The position numbers were made by a program, and so were the translations under genes. The notes beneath the pieces were generated by a model. That model ran no database searches. It saw nothing but the letters and a program-made list of their open reading frames with translations, and was not told the DNA's origin. A stretch of DNA of 64,000 nt from Bdellovibrionota bacterium (lineage in GTDB: Bacteria > Bdellovibrionota_G > JALEGL01 > DATDPG01): positions 1,984,001 through 2,048,000 of the forward strand of contig OY764265.1 of assembly GCA_963668355.1 (NCBI GenBank), in the 5' to 3' direction. Positions 10,129 to 18,800 of the stretch are shown here, in pieces; the stretch's first letter is position 1, and each line of letters begins with the position of its first letter.

Positions 10129-11943
10129 GTGAGCCAGAAAGGAAAGAAACCGTTGAAGACATCCGAAAAACTCAGTGCCCTACGAAAACTCATGAAAGAA
10201 CATGACCTGGATGCTTATTTTGTCCCGAGCACAGATCCGCACCAAAGTGAATATGTTCCAACCTTTTGGCAGCGTCGTGCCTATATGAGTGGCTTCACGG
10301 GCTCCGCTGGAGACCTTTTGGTTTTAAAAGAAAAAGCCGGATTGTGGACAGATGGTCGTTATTTTTTGCAAGCCGAACAGGAATTGGCCGGAAGCGGAAT
10401 TGATTTGTTCAAAATGGGAATGATCAATGTTCCTACATTAGAAGAATTCATTTCTGAAGAATTGGAATCCGGGCAACGTTTGGGAGTGGATCCTCGCGTT
10501 TTGGGAATTTCCAGATCCGAAGAAATTGAAAAGTGGTTGAACGGGTTCGGGGCCGAGATCGTTCTTCTGGATGAAAACCTTGTGGACGAAGTTTGGACGG
10601 ATCAGCCGCCCATGCCTCGGGAGCCCATCTCCGTATTGGACGAGTGCTATTCCGGAGAAGGTGTGGAGGCCAAGCTGGGTCGAATTCGCAAAGAAATGGC
10701 CAAGCGCAAAGTGGACGCTCATCTCCTGACCCAATTGGATTCGGTTGCTTGGGCTTTTAATGTTCGAGGCAAAGATGTGAATTACAATCCTGTGGCCATT
10801 GCCTATGGACTCATTACGCCGCAAGATGCGCGCCTTTTCATTCATCCTGAAAAAGTTTCCCAAGAAGTGCGAGAACGATTGACGCCTCATGTAACGGCCG
10901 TTCCTTATGAAGAAATCGGAAACGCGCTCAAGGATCTGTCGAAGAGAAAGGCACGGGTGTGGGTGGATCCAACAAACTCCAATCGTTGGTCGGTGGATCT
11001 GCTTAAAAGATGTGAGCTATTGGTGGAACCCACGCCGATTGCGCGCATGCGCTCACGGAAAAATGAAACGCAGATGGTGGGGATGCGAACCGCCCATGTG
11101 AGAGATGGCGTGGCCATGGTGAAATTCTTGTCTTGGTTGGAAGAAGCGGTCCCGAAAGGGGATGTAACGGAGTTGTCGGCGGAAGAGCGGTTGGAAAAGT
11201 TTCGAAGTGAAGGAGACCATTTTCAGGGACTGAGCTTTCGGACGATTTCGGGATATGGGGAACATGGAGCCATTGTTCACTATGCGGCGAGCGAAACGTC
11301 CAATGCGGAGCTGAAGTCTGAAGGCATCTATCTCATCGATTCCGGTGCCCAATACTTGGATGGAACCACCGATATCACGCGTACGGTTTTGTTGGGGGCT
11401 TCGGCCTCAGACCATGAGAAAGCTTGCTTCACACGCGTGTTGAAAGGTCATATTCGTCTGGCTCGGGTTTCTTTCCCCAAAGGCGTTCGAGGCATGCGCT
11501 TGGACACGTTGGCCCGAGAAGCCTTGTGGCAGGCCGGCTTGGATTATAATCATGGTACCGGACACGGTGTGGGTTCCTATTTGGGGGTGCATGAAGGACC
11601 TCAATCCATCAGCCCCACGCGATGCATTGGGGTTCCATTGGAAATCGGAAATGTGCAATCGAATGAACCGGGATATTATGAAGCCGGGAAATTTGGCATT
11701 CGAATTGAAAACCTGGTGATGGTGGAAGCCAATCCGAAGTTCACGAGTGACGGCGAAGAGTGGTATCAATTTGAAACGCTCACCCTGTGTCCCATTGACA
11801 CCAAGCTCGTGGATACATCCCTATTGGATAAATCGGAACGGAAATGGCTGAACGAATACCATCAACGGGTGGAAGAAATGTTGTCCCCGCTGCTCCCGGA
11901 AAAAGAGCGCGCTTGGTTGGAAAAAGCCTGCCAAAAAATCTAA
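10129..11943 (+). CDS. Xaa-Pro aminopeptidase (aminopeptidase P, M24B)
   Basis: DPHQSEY, GFTGSAG, WTDGRYFLQA, DSGAQYLDGTTDITRT, HGTGHGVG, VHEGP, SNEPGYY, GIRIEN. The start may be TTG 10153. Confidence 0.93.
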   Translation: MSQKGKKPLKTSEKLSALRKLMKEHDLDAYFVPSTDPHQSEYVPTFWQRRAYMSGFTGSAGDLLVLKEKAGLWTDGRYFLQAEQELAGSGIDLFKMGMINVPTLEEFISEELESGQRLGVDPRVLGISRSEEIEKWLNGFGAEIVLLDENLVDEVWTDQPPMPREPISVLDECYSGEGVEAKLGRIRKEMAKRKVDAHLLTQLDSVAWAFNVRGKDVNYNPVAIAYGLITPQDARLFIHPEKVSQEVRERLTPHVTAVPYEEIGNALKDLSKRKARVWVDPTNSNRWSVDLLKRCELLVEPTPIARMRSRKNETQMVGMRTAHVRDGVAMVKFLSWLEEAVPKGDVTELSAEERLEKFRSEGDHFQGLSFRTISGYGEHGAIVHYAASETSNAELKSEGIYLIDSGAQYLDGTTDITRTVLLGASASDHEKACFTRVLKGHIRLARVSFPKGVRGMRLDTLAREALWQAGLDYNHGTGHGVGSYLGVHEGPQSISPTRCIGVPLEIGNVQSNEPGYYEAGKFGIRIENLVMVEANPKFTSDGEEWYQFETLTLCPIDTKLVDTSLLDKSERKWLNEYHQRVEEMLSPLLPEKERAWLEKACQKI

Positions 11944-11948
11944 CCATC

Positions 11949-11974
11949 CCTAAAAAGGAGTCGATCCTTTTAGG
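11949..11974. terminator. Possible bidirectional terminator between convergent genes
   Basis: CCTAAAAAGGA-GTCGA-TCCTTTTAGG imperfect, AT-rich hairpin. Confidence 0.35.
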
Positions 11975-11980
11975 ACGTTT

Positions 11981-12547
11981 TTAGAGTTGTTTAACGAGTT
12001 CTTTGAGTTCGTTGAGCATGGGTGACTGGAAGCGTTTTTCGACGATTTCGATGAAGGAAGTGAAAAACCAAACCTGATCATCCCGGCCTTTTTGAAATAC
12101 GCCCCATGCTTTTTCTTCTCCCCGAGTTTTGATGTCAGAAACCAGGGCGCGAACATTGTGAAGTTTGTCTGCTGTCGCAATTCGTAAAGCTCCTTCGGGA
12201 GCTTTTTGCATTTGTTTCAAGAGTCGATTTTTGCGGTCTTTCCAGGGAGGTTTGGGGGAGCCTTCGGTATCGGTGACGGCCTCCACCAACTCGCACACCT
12301 CTTCTCCAAATTCTTCGAAAATCCGATTTCGAGTTTCAACTCCCCCTTGATCCTCAATGGCGTCATGTAATAGGGCGGCAATCACTTCCTCTTCGGTTCC
12401 ACGATCTTCCATGACTAAAGCCGCTACGGATAACAAATGTGAAACGTAGGGGGCACCACTGCCTTTTCTTTTTTGATCGCGGTGAAGGTCTACGGCAAAA
12501 GACAATGCCTGATCAAATAAATGGCCAAGTTGTGTAGGTGTGTTCAT
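11981..12547 (-). CDS. Stand-alone HD-domain (p)ppGpp hydrolase-like protein (Mesh1/SAH-like)
   Basis: H.DQKRKGSGAPYVSH, AALLHDAIED and ADKLHN motifs. Confidence 0.85.
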   Translation of the reverse strand: MNTPTQLGHLFDQALSFAVDLHRDQKRKGSGAPYVSHLLSVAALVMEDRGTEEEVIAALLHDAIEDQGGVETRNRIFEEFGEEVCELVEAVTDTEGSPKPPWKDRKNRLLKQMQKAPEGALRIATADKLHNVRALVSDIKTRGEEKAWGVFQKGRDDQVWFFTSFIEIVEKRFQSPMLNELKELVKQL

Positions 12548-12560
12548 CAGTTCAAAAAAT

Positions 12561-12598
12561 AAAAAACTGCAGCACTCCTTTTCGAAAGAGTGCTGCAG
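12561..12598 (-). terminator. Intrinsic terminator downstream of the ferredoxin gene
   Basis: 11-bp stem CTGCAGCACTC/GAGTGCTGCAG followed by T6 on the minus strand. Confidence 0.75.
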
Positions 12599-12625
12599 CT
12601 AAAAAAATGAAAAAGCGAGATTATT

Positions 12626-12961
12626 TTAGCTCGCAGGAGCTGGGTCCAAATGTTCCAGCTTGTTTTCTTTTTCTTTCCACTCTTCCGCTTCGGGAAGTGC
12701 ATCCTTTTTTACAGAAAGAACGGGCCACTCTGCTGCGTATTTCACATTGAGTTCGACGTAATCTTTCCATTTATCGGGAACTTCCTCATCGACGAAAATG
12801 GCTTGTGTCGGACAGACCGGTTCACAAGCGCCGCAGTCGATGCATTCATCTGGGTTGATGACGAGAAAGTTTGCTCCTTCGTGAAAGCAGTCTACCGGAC
12901 AAACTTCCACACAATCAGTGTATTTGCACTTCACACAAGGATCTGCAACTACATATGCCAT
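12626..12961 (-). CDS. fdxA: 7Fe-type (FdxA-like) ferredoxin
   Basis: [26 protein letters not shown]...[17 protein letters not shown], with a C-terminal extension typical of FdxA; AAAGGA RBS. Confidence 0.9.
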   Translation of the reverse strand: MAYVVADPCVKCKYTDCVEVCPVDCFHEGANFLVINPDECIDCGACEPVCPTQAIFVDEEVPDKWKDYVELNVKYAAEWPVLSVKKDALPEAEEWKEKENKLEHLDPAPAS

Positions 12962-13107
12962 GGTTTCCTTTTACTCCTGCTAATAAATATGAGGCTTTCG
13001 CCTCGCCAAAATTAATTTCCGAGTTTTGCAAGATGAACGGTTCCTCCGTTGGAATCTCGCAACACGATCGAATGCCTGAAGCTTAACGCAAAACCCAGGG
13101 GTTTACA

Positions 13108-13132
13108 AAACCATACTAAAATAGTAGGGAAT
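13108..13132 (+). promoter_or_regulatory. Putative Rrf2/IscR-type autoregulatory operator
   Basis: AAACCATACTAAAATAGTAGGGAAT with core dyad TACTA-AAA-TAGTA; 20/25 match by hand to the IscR type-1 consensus ATASYYGACTRWWWYAGTCRRSTAT. Directly before the Rrf2 ATG. Confidence 0.6.
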
Positions 13133-13136
13133 AAAA

Positions 13137-13583
13137 ATGCTGCGTGTGGCGAAAGAAACGGATTACGGGGTTCTCATTCTCTGTGCCATCGCTTCGAATC
13201 CGGAGACACAGGGGCGGACGACGCGCCAAATATCGGATGAAACCGGCATTCCCTATCGAATGACCTGCAAGGTTCTGCATTTATTGGTTCGAAATGGTCT
13301 GATTGAAGCGCAAAGGGGCGTGAAAGGGGGCTACCATTTGAGCCGACCGCCCAAATCCGTGTCCATGATCGACGTGGTACAAGCTTTGGAAGGACCCGTT
13401 TCTTTGACGGAGTGCTCCAAGGAATTTGGAGATTGTTCGATGGAAAACTGTTGCCTCGCGAAAGACTATTGGCTGGCGGTCAACGATGCCTTCCAAGAGT
13501 CGTTGAGTCAGGTTTCTTTGGAAAGTATTTTGGCCTCGAAGGCCAAAAAAAACGGGCGAAAAAAAGCCCATATGCATTCGTGA
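13137..13583 (+). CDS. Rrf2 family Fe-S-responsive regulator (IscR/SufR-like)
   Basis: TDYG, wHTH, RGVKGGYHL, ALEGP and Cys cluster ECSKEFGDCSMENCC. Confidence 0.88.
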   Translation: MLRVAKETDYGVLILCAIASNPETQGRTTRQISDETGIPYRMTCKVLHLLVRNGLIEAQRGVKGGYHLSRPPKSVSMIDVVQALEGPVSLTECSKEFGDCSMENCCLAKDYWLAVNDAFQESLSQVSLESILASKAKKNGRKKAHMHS

Positions 13584-13593
13584 AGGAGAAGGT

Positions 13594-13920
13594 ATGAATA
13601 TCAGTGTGACGGAAAAAGCAGGAAAACGAATTCGAGAAATTTTGGCGAATGATGAACGGGGAAATGCGGTTGCGTTTAAGATTGATTTGAAAGCGGGCGG
13701 GTGTTCAGGGTTTGAATACGCGTTTTCCGTAGATTCCCCCGCGGATACGGATGAAGTTGTGGATTATGAAGGAATTCGCTTGGCCGTATCCAAGGAAAGT
13801 CAGGAGCGGATGGAAGGAACGATCATTGACTGCGATGAGGAAATTTGGGGTTGGAAATTTGTGATCAAAAATCCCAACGCCTTGGCCACCTGTTCTTGTG
13901 GTAAGTCTGCCGCATTCTAA
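13594..13920 (+). CDS. A-type Fe-S carrier (HesB/IscA/ErpA family)
   Basis: GGCSGFEY and NPNA..TCSCGKS motifs. Confidence 0.9.
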   Translation: MNISVTEKAGKRIREILANDERGNAVAFKIDLKAGGCSGFEYAFSVDSPADTDEVVDYEGIRLAVSKESQERMEGTIIDCDEEIWGWKFVIKNPNALATCSCGKSAAF

Positions 13921-13997
13921 TTTGATTACCTCAGCGCTTTCTTCGGATTGCATCGGCTTTGTTGTAAACTCCGAAACGGAAAGGGGTTGAAACCTGG

Positions 13998-15131
13998 ATG
14001 CCGAAAGCGCAAAACATTCAATGGCCAAAATCGGTTACGGAACTGCATGTCCATCTTGGAGGGGCCGTCCCCCTTTATCGCCTGTGGGAAACGGCCATTT
14101 CCAGGGGAATTCGTGGAATGGGGTCGAGCTATGAAGATTTCATCAACCTCATCAAGATTCAGGAAGACAAGGTTCACGATTTAGACTCCTATCTGGAAGT
14201 CTATGACACGATTGAGCTCATTCAATCGGGACCGGATGCGGTTCGAGAGAGTGTCATTATTGCCATTCATCGCGCGTACAGAACGGGCGGAATGCCCAGC
14301 TTGGGCCCTGGTGGAGAAGGTGGAAGTCCCAACCCTCTGTTTTCCATTGGCCGTTTGGAGCTGCGCTTTAATCCGCTCAAACGCACAGGTGCGGTTTTTT
14401 TGAAAGGAAAGCATGCCGGTCTTTATGATGTGGATCGCGTGATCAAGTCGGCTTGCGCTGCGGCTGAGGATGTGGAGATCGCCTTTAAGGGAAAAATTCA
14501 AGTGGGGCTTTTATTTTGTTTCGGTCGCGACATGACCTTTGAGGCCAATCGAATTTTGGCGGAAAAAATTTCGGATTGGAAAGGGAAAAGCAATAAGATT
14601 CTAGGATTAGATTTGGCCGGGCAAGAATCCATCAATCCCTTGGTGTCGGGACATTCGTTGCGGGAAATGAAGGAGGTCTTTGATGTGGCGGGCCAAGATC
14701 TGGGTCGAACCATCCATGTTGGCGAGACCGATCATGTTGACCTAACCACGTTTCTGAAAACGGTGGAAACGCTTAACCCCTTGAGAGTGGCTCACCCTGT
14801 TACGGCCTTTAAGGCTTGGAAGGAAAATAAGAATGATCGGGGTCTCAAATTATTGAAAGAGCGGGGGATTGTTTGTGAGTTATGCGTGAAGTCGAATTTG
14901 CTCACGGGTGCTGTGAAGAGTCTCCAAGAGTATGGTGAATTCATTCGAGCCTTGGATGATTTTGAGATTCCCTACACGTTTTCGACGGACGCACCTTCCT
15001 TGCAGGGAACGAGTTTAGCGGAAGAGTTGTTGATGTTATTAAATGAAGGAGTGGTTGAGGCCGACCAAATCCTCAAAGCTTTAAACACAGCCGACGAATC
15101 CAGTTTTTTATCATCAAAAGAAGCCGGATAA
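13998..15131 (+). CDS. Adenosine deaminase-like amidohydrolase (divergent)
   Basis: ELHVHLGG, LELRF, GLDLAGQE, TIHVGE, RVAH, ELCVKSN and STDAP motifs. Confidence 0.75.
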   Translation: MPKAQNIQWPKSVTELHVHLGGAVPLYRLWETAISRGIRGMGSSYEDFINLIKIQEDKVHDLDSYLEVYDTIELIQSGPDAVRESVIIAIHRAYRTGGMPSLGPGGEGGSPNPLFSIGRLELRFNPLKRTGAVFLKGKHAGLYDVDRVIKSACAAAEDVEIAFKGKIQVGLLFCFGRDMTFEANRILAEKISDWKGKSNKILGLDLAGQESINPLVSGHSLREMKEVFDVAGQDLGRTIHVGETDHVDLTTFLKTVETLNPLRVAHPVTAFKAWKENKNDRGLKLLKERGIVCELCVKSNLLTGAVKSLQEYGEFIRALDDFEIPYTFSTDAPSLQGTSLAEELLMLLNEGVVEADQILKALNTADESSFLSSKEAG

Positions 15132-15142
15132 ATCTCAAACTG

Positions 15143-15168
15143 AAAAAAAAGCGCGACATCCGTCGCGC
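15143..15168 (-). terminator. Intrinsic terminator oriented on the minus strand
   Basis: GCGCGAC-ATCC-GTCGCGC hairpin preceded by A8 on plus, i.e. followed by U8 on minus. No credible minus-strand CDS lies immediately upstream. Confidence 0.65.
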
Positions 15169-15212
15169 AAGAAGACTCCGAAATTGTTCTTAAGTACAGC
15201 TACGTTTGAGGG

Positions 15213-15411
15213 AAGCAAATCTGAAGAAGCGTCTCTCCGCTTCGGGTTACGTTCGCTCCAAAGACTACGATCACTTAAGGCGGGGCCCCTCGTTGTCCGC
15301 CCAGCGTCAAGCATAGCTTGCCGCAGGTCGTCTCCGTTTCCCCTACCTTCCGTTCACGAGGTCTTTGGGCTCTCTTCACAGGCGCGGAGAGACGCTTCTT
15401 CAGATCCGCTT
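15213..15411 (-). ncRNA. Candidate ~200-nt rod-shaped ncRNA (6S-like) or MITE-like palindrome
   Basis: Perfect 22-bp terminal inverted repeat (15219-15240 / 15384-15405), which extends to 28 bp with G-U pairs only on the minus strand. Nested stems CCAAAGAC/GTCTTTGG, AAGGCGGGG/CCCCTACCTT and CAAGC-ATA-GCTTG. Confidence 0.4.
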
Positions 15412-15521
15412 TTCGTGATGAGTAATTCATTTATCTCGCTCCCCTCGCTTGAAATCATTCGTTTGAATGAACAGACAAATTTCCCATGAGAGATGTTTTT
15501 AAAGTTACCTTAGATAGGTTG

Positions 15522-15600
15522 AAAGGGTGGCCATCGGCAGACACACCGGCGAGGACTGTCGGGCCGCAGTCCGGTGTGTCTGCCGGTGGTCAGGCCCCTC
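15522..15600. repeat. Palindromic intergenic element, copy B (19-bp stem, conserved 21-nt loop)
   Basis: CCATCGGCAGACACACCGG (15531-15549) pairs with CCGGTGTGTCTGCCGGTGG (15571-15589), with one G-U. Loop is CGAGGACTGTCGGGCCGCAGT; flanks match copy A. Confidence 0.85.
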
Positions 15601-15804
15601 CCACAAAATCTTCTCGGCTCACTTTATGCCCGGAAAAAAAACGAGGGTGTGTTATTAGGTAACTCATTAAAAACATTGTTATTTGGTTTGCTAGTGGGAG
15701 ATGGTTGACGCGAGGCGGTAAAGCGTATAGCTCTGTTTTGCGTAGACGCTTGTGTTCGCAAAAAGGCTAATGTAAATCATGATTTTTATTAATGTTTTCC
15801 GGGG

Positions 15805-18800
15805 ATGCGAAGAATGAAATCAGTCGGCGTAGATATCGGGGCTCTTTTTTTCAAAGCGGTAGCGGTCAGCGCGCAAGGCGAGTTACTGGGAACTTTTTAT
15901 GAGCGTCATTTGGGCGAGCCGGGAGAATTGCTGGCTCAAGCTTTTGAAACCCTTCAAGTTCAACCCGAAGACCGTCTTTGTTTTTCTGGATGCAATGGAG
16001 AGTTTTTTGCCAGATTGTTGGGGGCTCCTTATCGAGAAGTGACGCTGTGTCAGATTGATGCCATCCGAACGCAGGTTCCGGATGCCAAATATGTCATGGA
16101 TATTGGTGGGGCCTCGGCCACGCTGATCCAATTGAATGGCCAAGGAAAGTTTCAGGGATATTCCACAAACTCTCTTTGTGCCGCAGGGACGGGATCCTTT
16201 TTGGATGAACAAGCTGGTCGTTTGGGCATTTCCTACGAAGACACCAAAAATTATTTACACAATCCCAATCCTCCTACGATTGCCACGCGATGCACGGTTT
16301 TTGCCAAAAGCGACCTGATCCATCGACAGCAAGAGGGATGTTCCCGAGGGGATATGTGGTCGGGGTTATGTCGGGGGATGACCAAGACCCTTCTGGGGAC
16401 GTTGCTCAGTGGTCGTCCTCTGGATGGAAAAACATTGGTGATCGGAGGCGTGGCTTTAAATCAGGAAGTTATCCGTTGGCTAGAAATTGCCTATCCGGAT
16501 CTCATTCAGGTTCCTCAGCACCCTCATTTGTTGGCTGCTTTAGGAGCTGTGGAACATGCATCCAAACCCGAGAAAGAGATTTCAGAACTCTTTTCTTCGA
16601 AAACGGAAAAAGACAGTGATGTGGCTAGATTCCCCTGGCCTCTAAGCATGGAAAAGTCGAACTATCCTTCTTTTGAAACGCAAGAAGCGTATGAAGATGA
16701 AGACAAAAATGAAGTTCGTGTGACCGCGTGGAATTCGGGAGAAGCAAAACGCGTTTATCTGGGCATTGATATCGGATCCACGAGCACCAAAGTGGTGTTG
16801 ATGGATGAAACCAAACACGTCATTGCGGATATTTATCGAAAAACATCTGGGGACCCCATTGGAGCGACCAAACTTGTTTTTAAAGCCATCCGTGAGCTGT
16901 CTGCCCGAAAGGATGCATCGATCCATATTTTGGGTGTGGGAACCACGGGAAGTGGGCGAAAGATTGTTGGAGAGGTCATTGGAGCCGATGCGGTGATTAA
17001 CGAAATCTCTGCTCATGTTGCCGGGGCTGCTCAAACCGATCCCACGATTGATACGATTTTTGAAATTGGAGGCCAAGATGCCAAGTACATGCATTTGGTG
17101 GATGGCCATATTCGTGACTCCAATATGAACTATGTCTGCGCCGCAGGGACAGGGTCTTTTGTCGAAGAACAGGCCAATAAATTGGGTTACAAGGTTTCCG
17201 AGGCGGGACCCAAAGTTTTGGGCATTACGCCCCCAAGGGCCACCGACCGTTGCACGGTCTTTATGGAACAAGACATGGGCAAACTGATTCAATCCGGAGC
17301 CTCTCCGGAAGAAGCTTTTGCAGCCGTGATGGTTTCCGTCACCAAAAACTATTTGAATAAAGTGGTTGGGAATCGATATCGGTCCAGAGATAAGATTTTT
17401 TTTCAAGGTGCGACGGCTCGGAATCCCGCATTGGTTGCTGCTTTTGAACGTCTCTTGGATGTTGAGATTGTCGTTTCCCCGTATTGCCATGTGATGGGTT
17501 CATACGGGGTGGCATTGCTCACCCGAGAAGCCATGCTTGAGAAAAATGCGGAACGAAGTGAATTCCGGGGTTTAGATTTGGATCAACGTCAAATCACGCT
17601 TCGAAAAGAGAAGTGTGAACTATGTCAAAATGATTGCGAAATCACTTACGCCGATATCGACGGGGTGGAGGAAAGTCCCTCTTGGGGGTACCTCTGTGGT
17701 CGAGAACCCGGCGAAAAGAAAATGAAGCTGACCTCGCATGGTCGATTGCTCAGAAAACGCCGAAAAATGTGGCTTGAAGCTGGACGTGGAGTGAAGGTTC
17801 CTGATTATGCTCCCCTAATTGGAATTCCTCAGGCCCTCACGACCTTCACGTATTTTCCTCTGTGGCGTCGTTTCTTTAATCGTTTGGGCTATCGTGTGGT
17901 TCTCTCCGGAGAAACCAAACAAGGTGTGCGGGATTTGGGTGGACGCTTGAGTGGCGCGGATTTTTGTTTTCCGGCCAAAGTGTTTTTAGGACATGCCGGA
18001 AAACTCGCAACTCAAGAGGGGGTCGATTTCATTTTTCTTCCTCAGATGAAAAATGAAGAAGCCAATGAACATGTTACGACGACTACGTTTTGCCCATACT
18101 CTCAAGCTGCACCGGCCTATACCAAAGCAGCGTTTGAGTTGAATGGAATGGATACGGCCCGCATTTTAGATCCGGTCGTGGATTTAAAGATTCCCACGCC
18201 GAAAACGGTTAAGAAATTGGCTCGTGGTTTGGCCAAAAAACTGAAACGAAATGCAAACCAAATTGAACGAGCTTGGGTGGAGGCATTATCAATTCAACGC
18301 GAGTTTGAGTCTCGTTGTCGAGAGGAAGGTCAAAGGGCCATTGAAGAAGCCAAGGCAAAAGGGGAGAAACTCTTGGTTTTGGTTGGCCGTCCTTACAATA
18401 TCTATGATCCTGGTTTGAATCTGGGTCTTCCCGAAAAAATTGCCGAACAAGGGCGAACGGTATTGCCTTTGGATTGGTTGACGTTGGATTTTTCAACGTT
18501 AGGGGATCGCTATGGAAATACCTATTGGGGATATGGCCAAAAGATTTTGGCGGCCTTAGAGGAGGTTTCCCGAAACGAGTTGTTTGACGCGGTTTATTTT
18601 ACGAATTTTAGCTGTGGGCCGGATAGCTTTCTGCTCAACTATGCCTCGGAAATCATGGGGAATAAGCCTTTCTTGGCGTTGGAGCTGGATGAGCACGGAT
18701 CGAACACAGGCTATATCACTCGGATTGAGGCCTTTTTTGATGTTCTTCGTCGACCTCGAAAGGCGAGTGAAAGTCAGCGCAAAACGTGGCATATGCCGAA

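Noticed and set aside
15213..15411. Firm call as ssrS (6S RNA)
   Set aside because: Shape and size fit, but I cannot verify sequence conservation and the usual synteny is absent. Kept as a candidate only.
15184..15489. 101-aa ORF over the long hairpin
   Set aside because: No RBS or motif; better explained as a by-product of the palindromic sequence.
16642..17490. 282-aa minus-strand ORF and similar long antisense ORFs (e.g. 920..1573, 27951..28658, 44588..45364)
   Set aside because: Fully nested in well-supported genes; no motifs.
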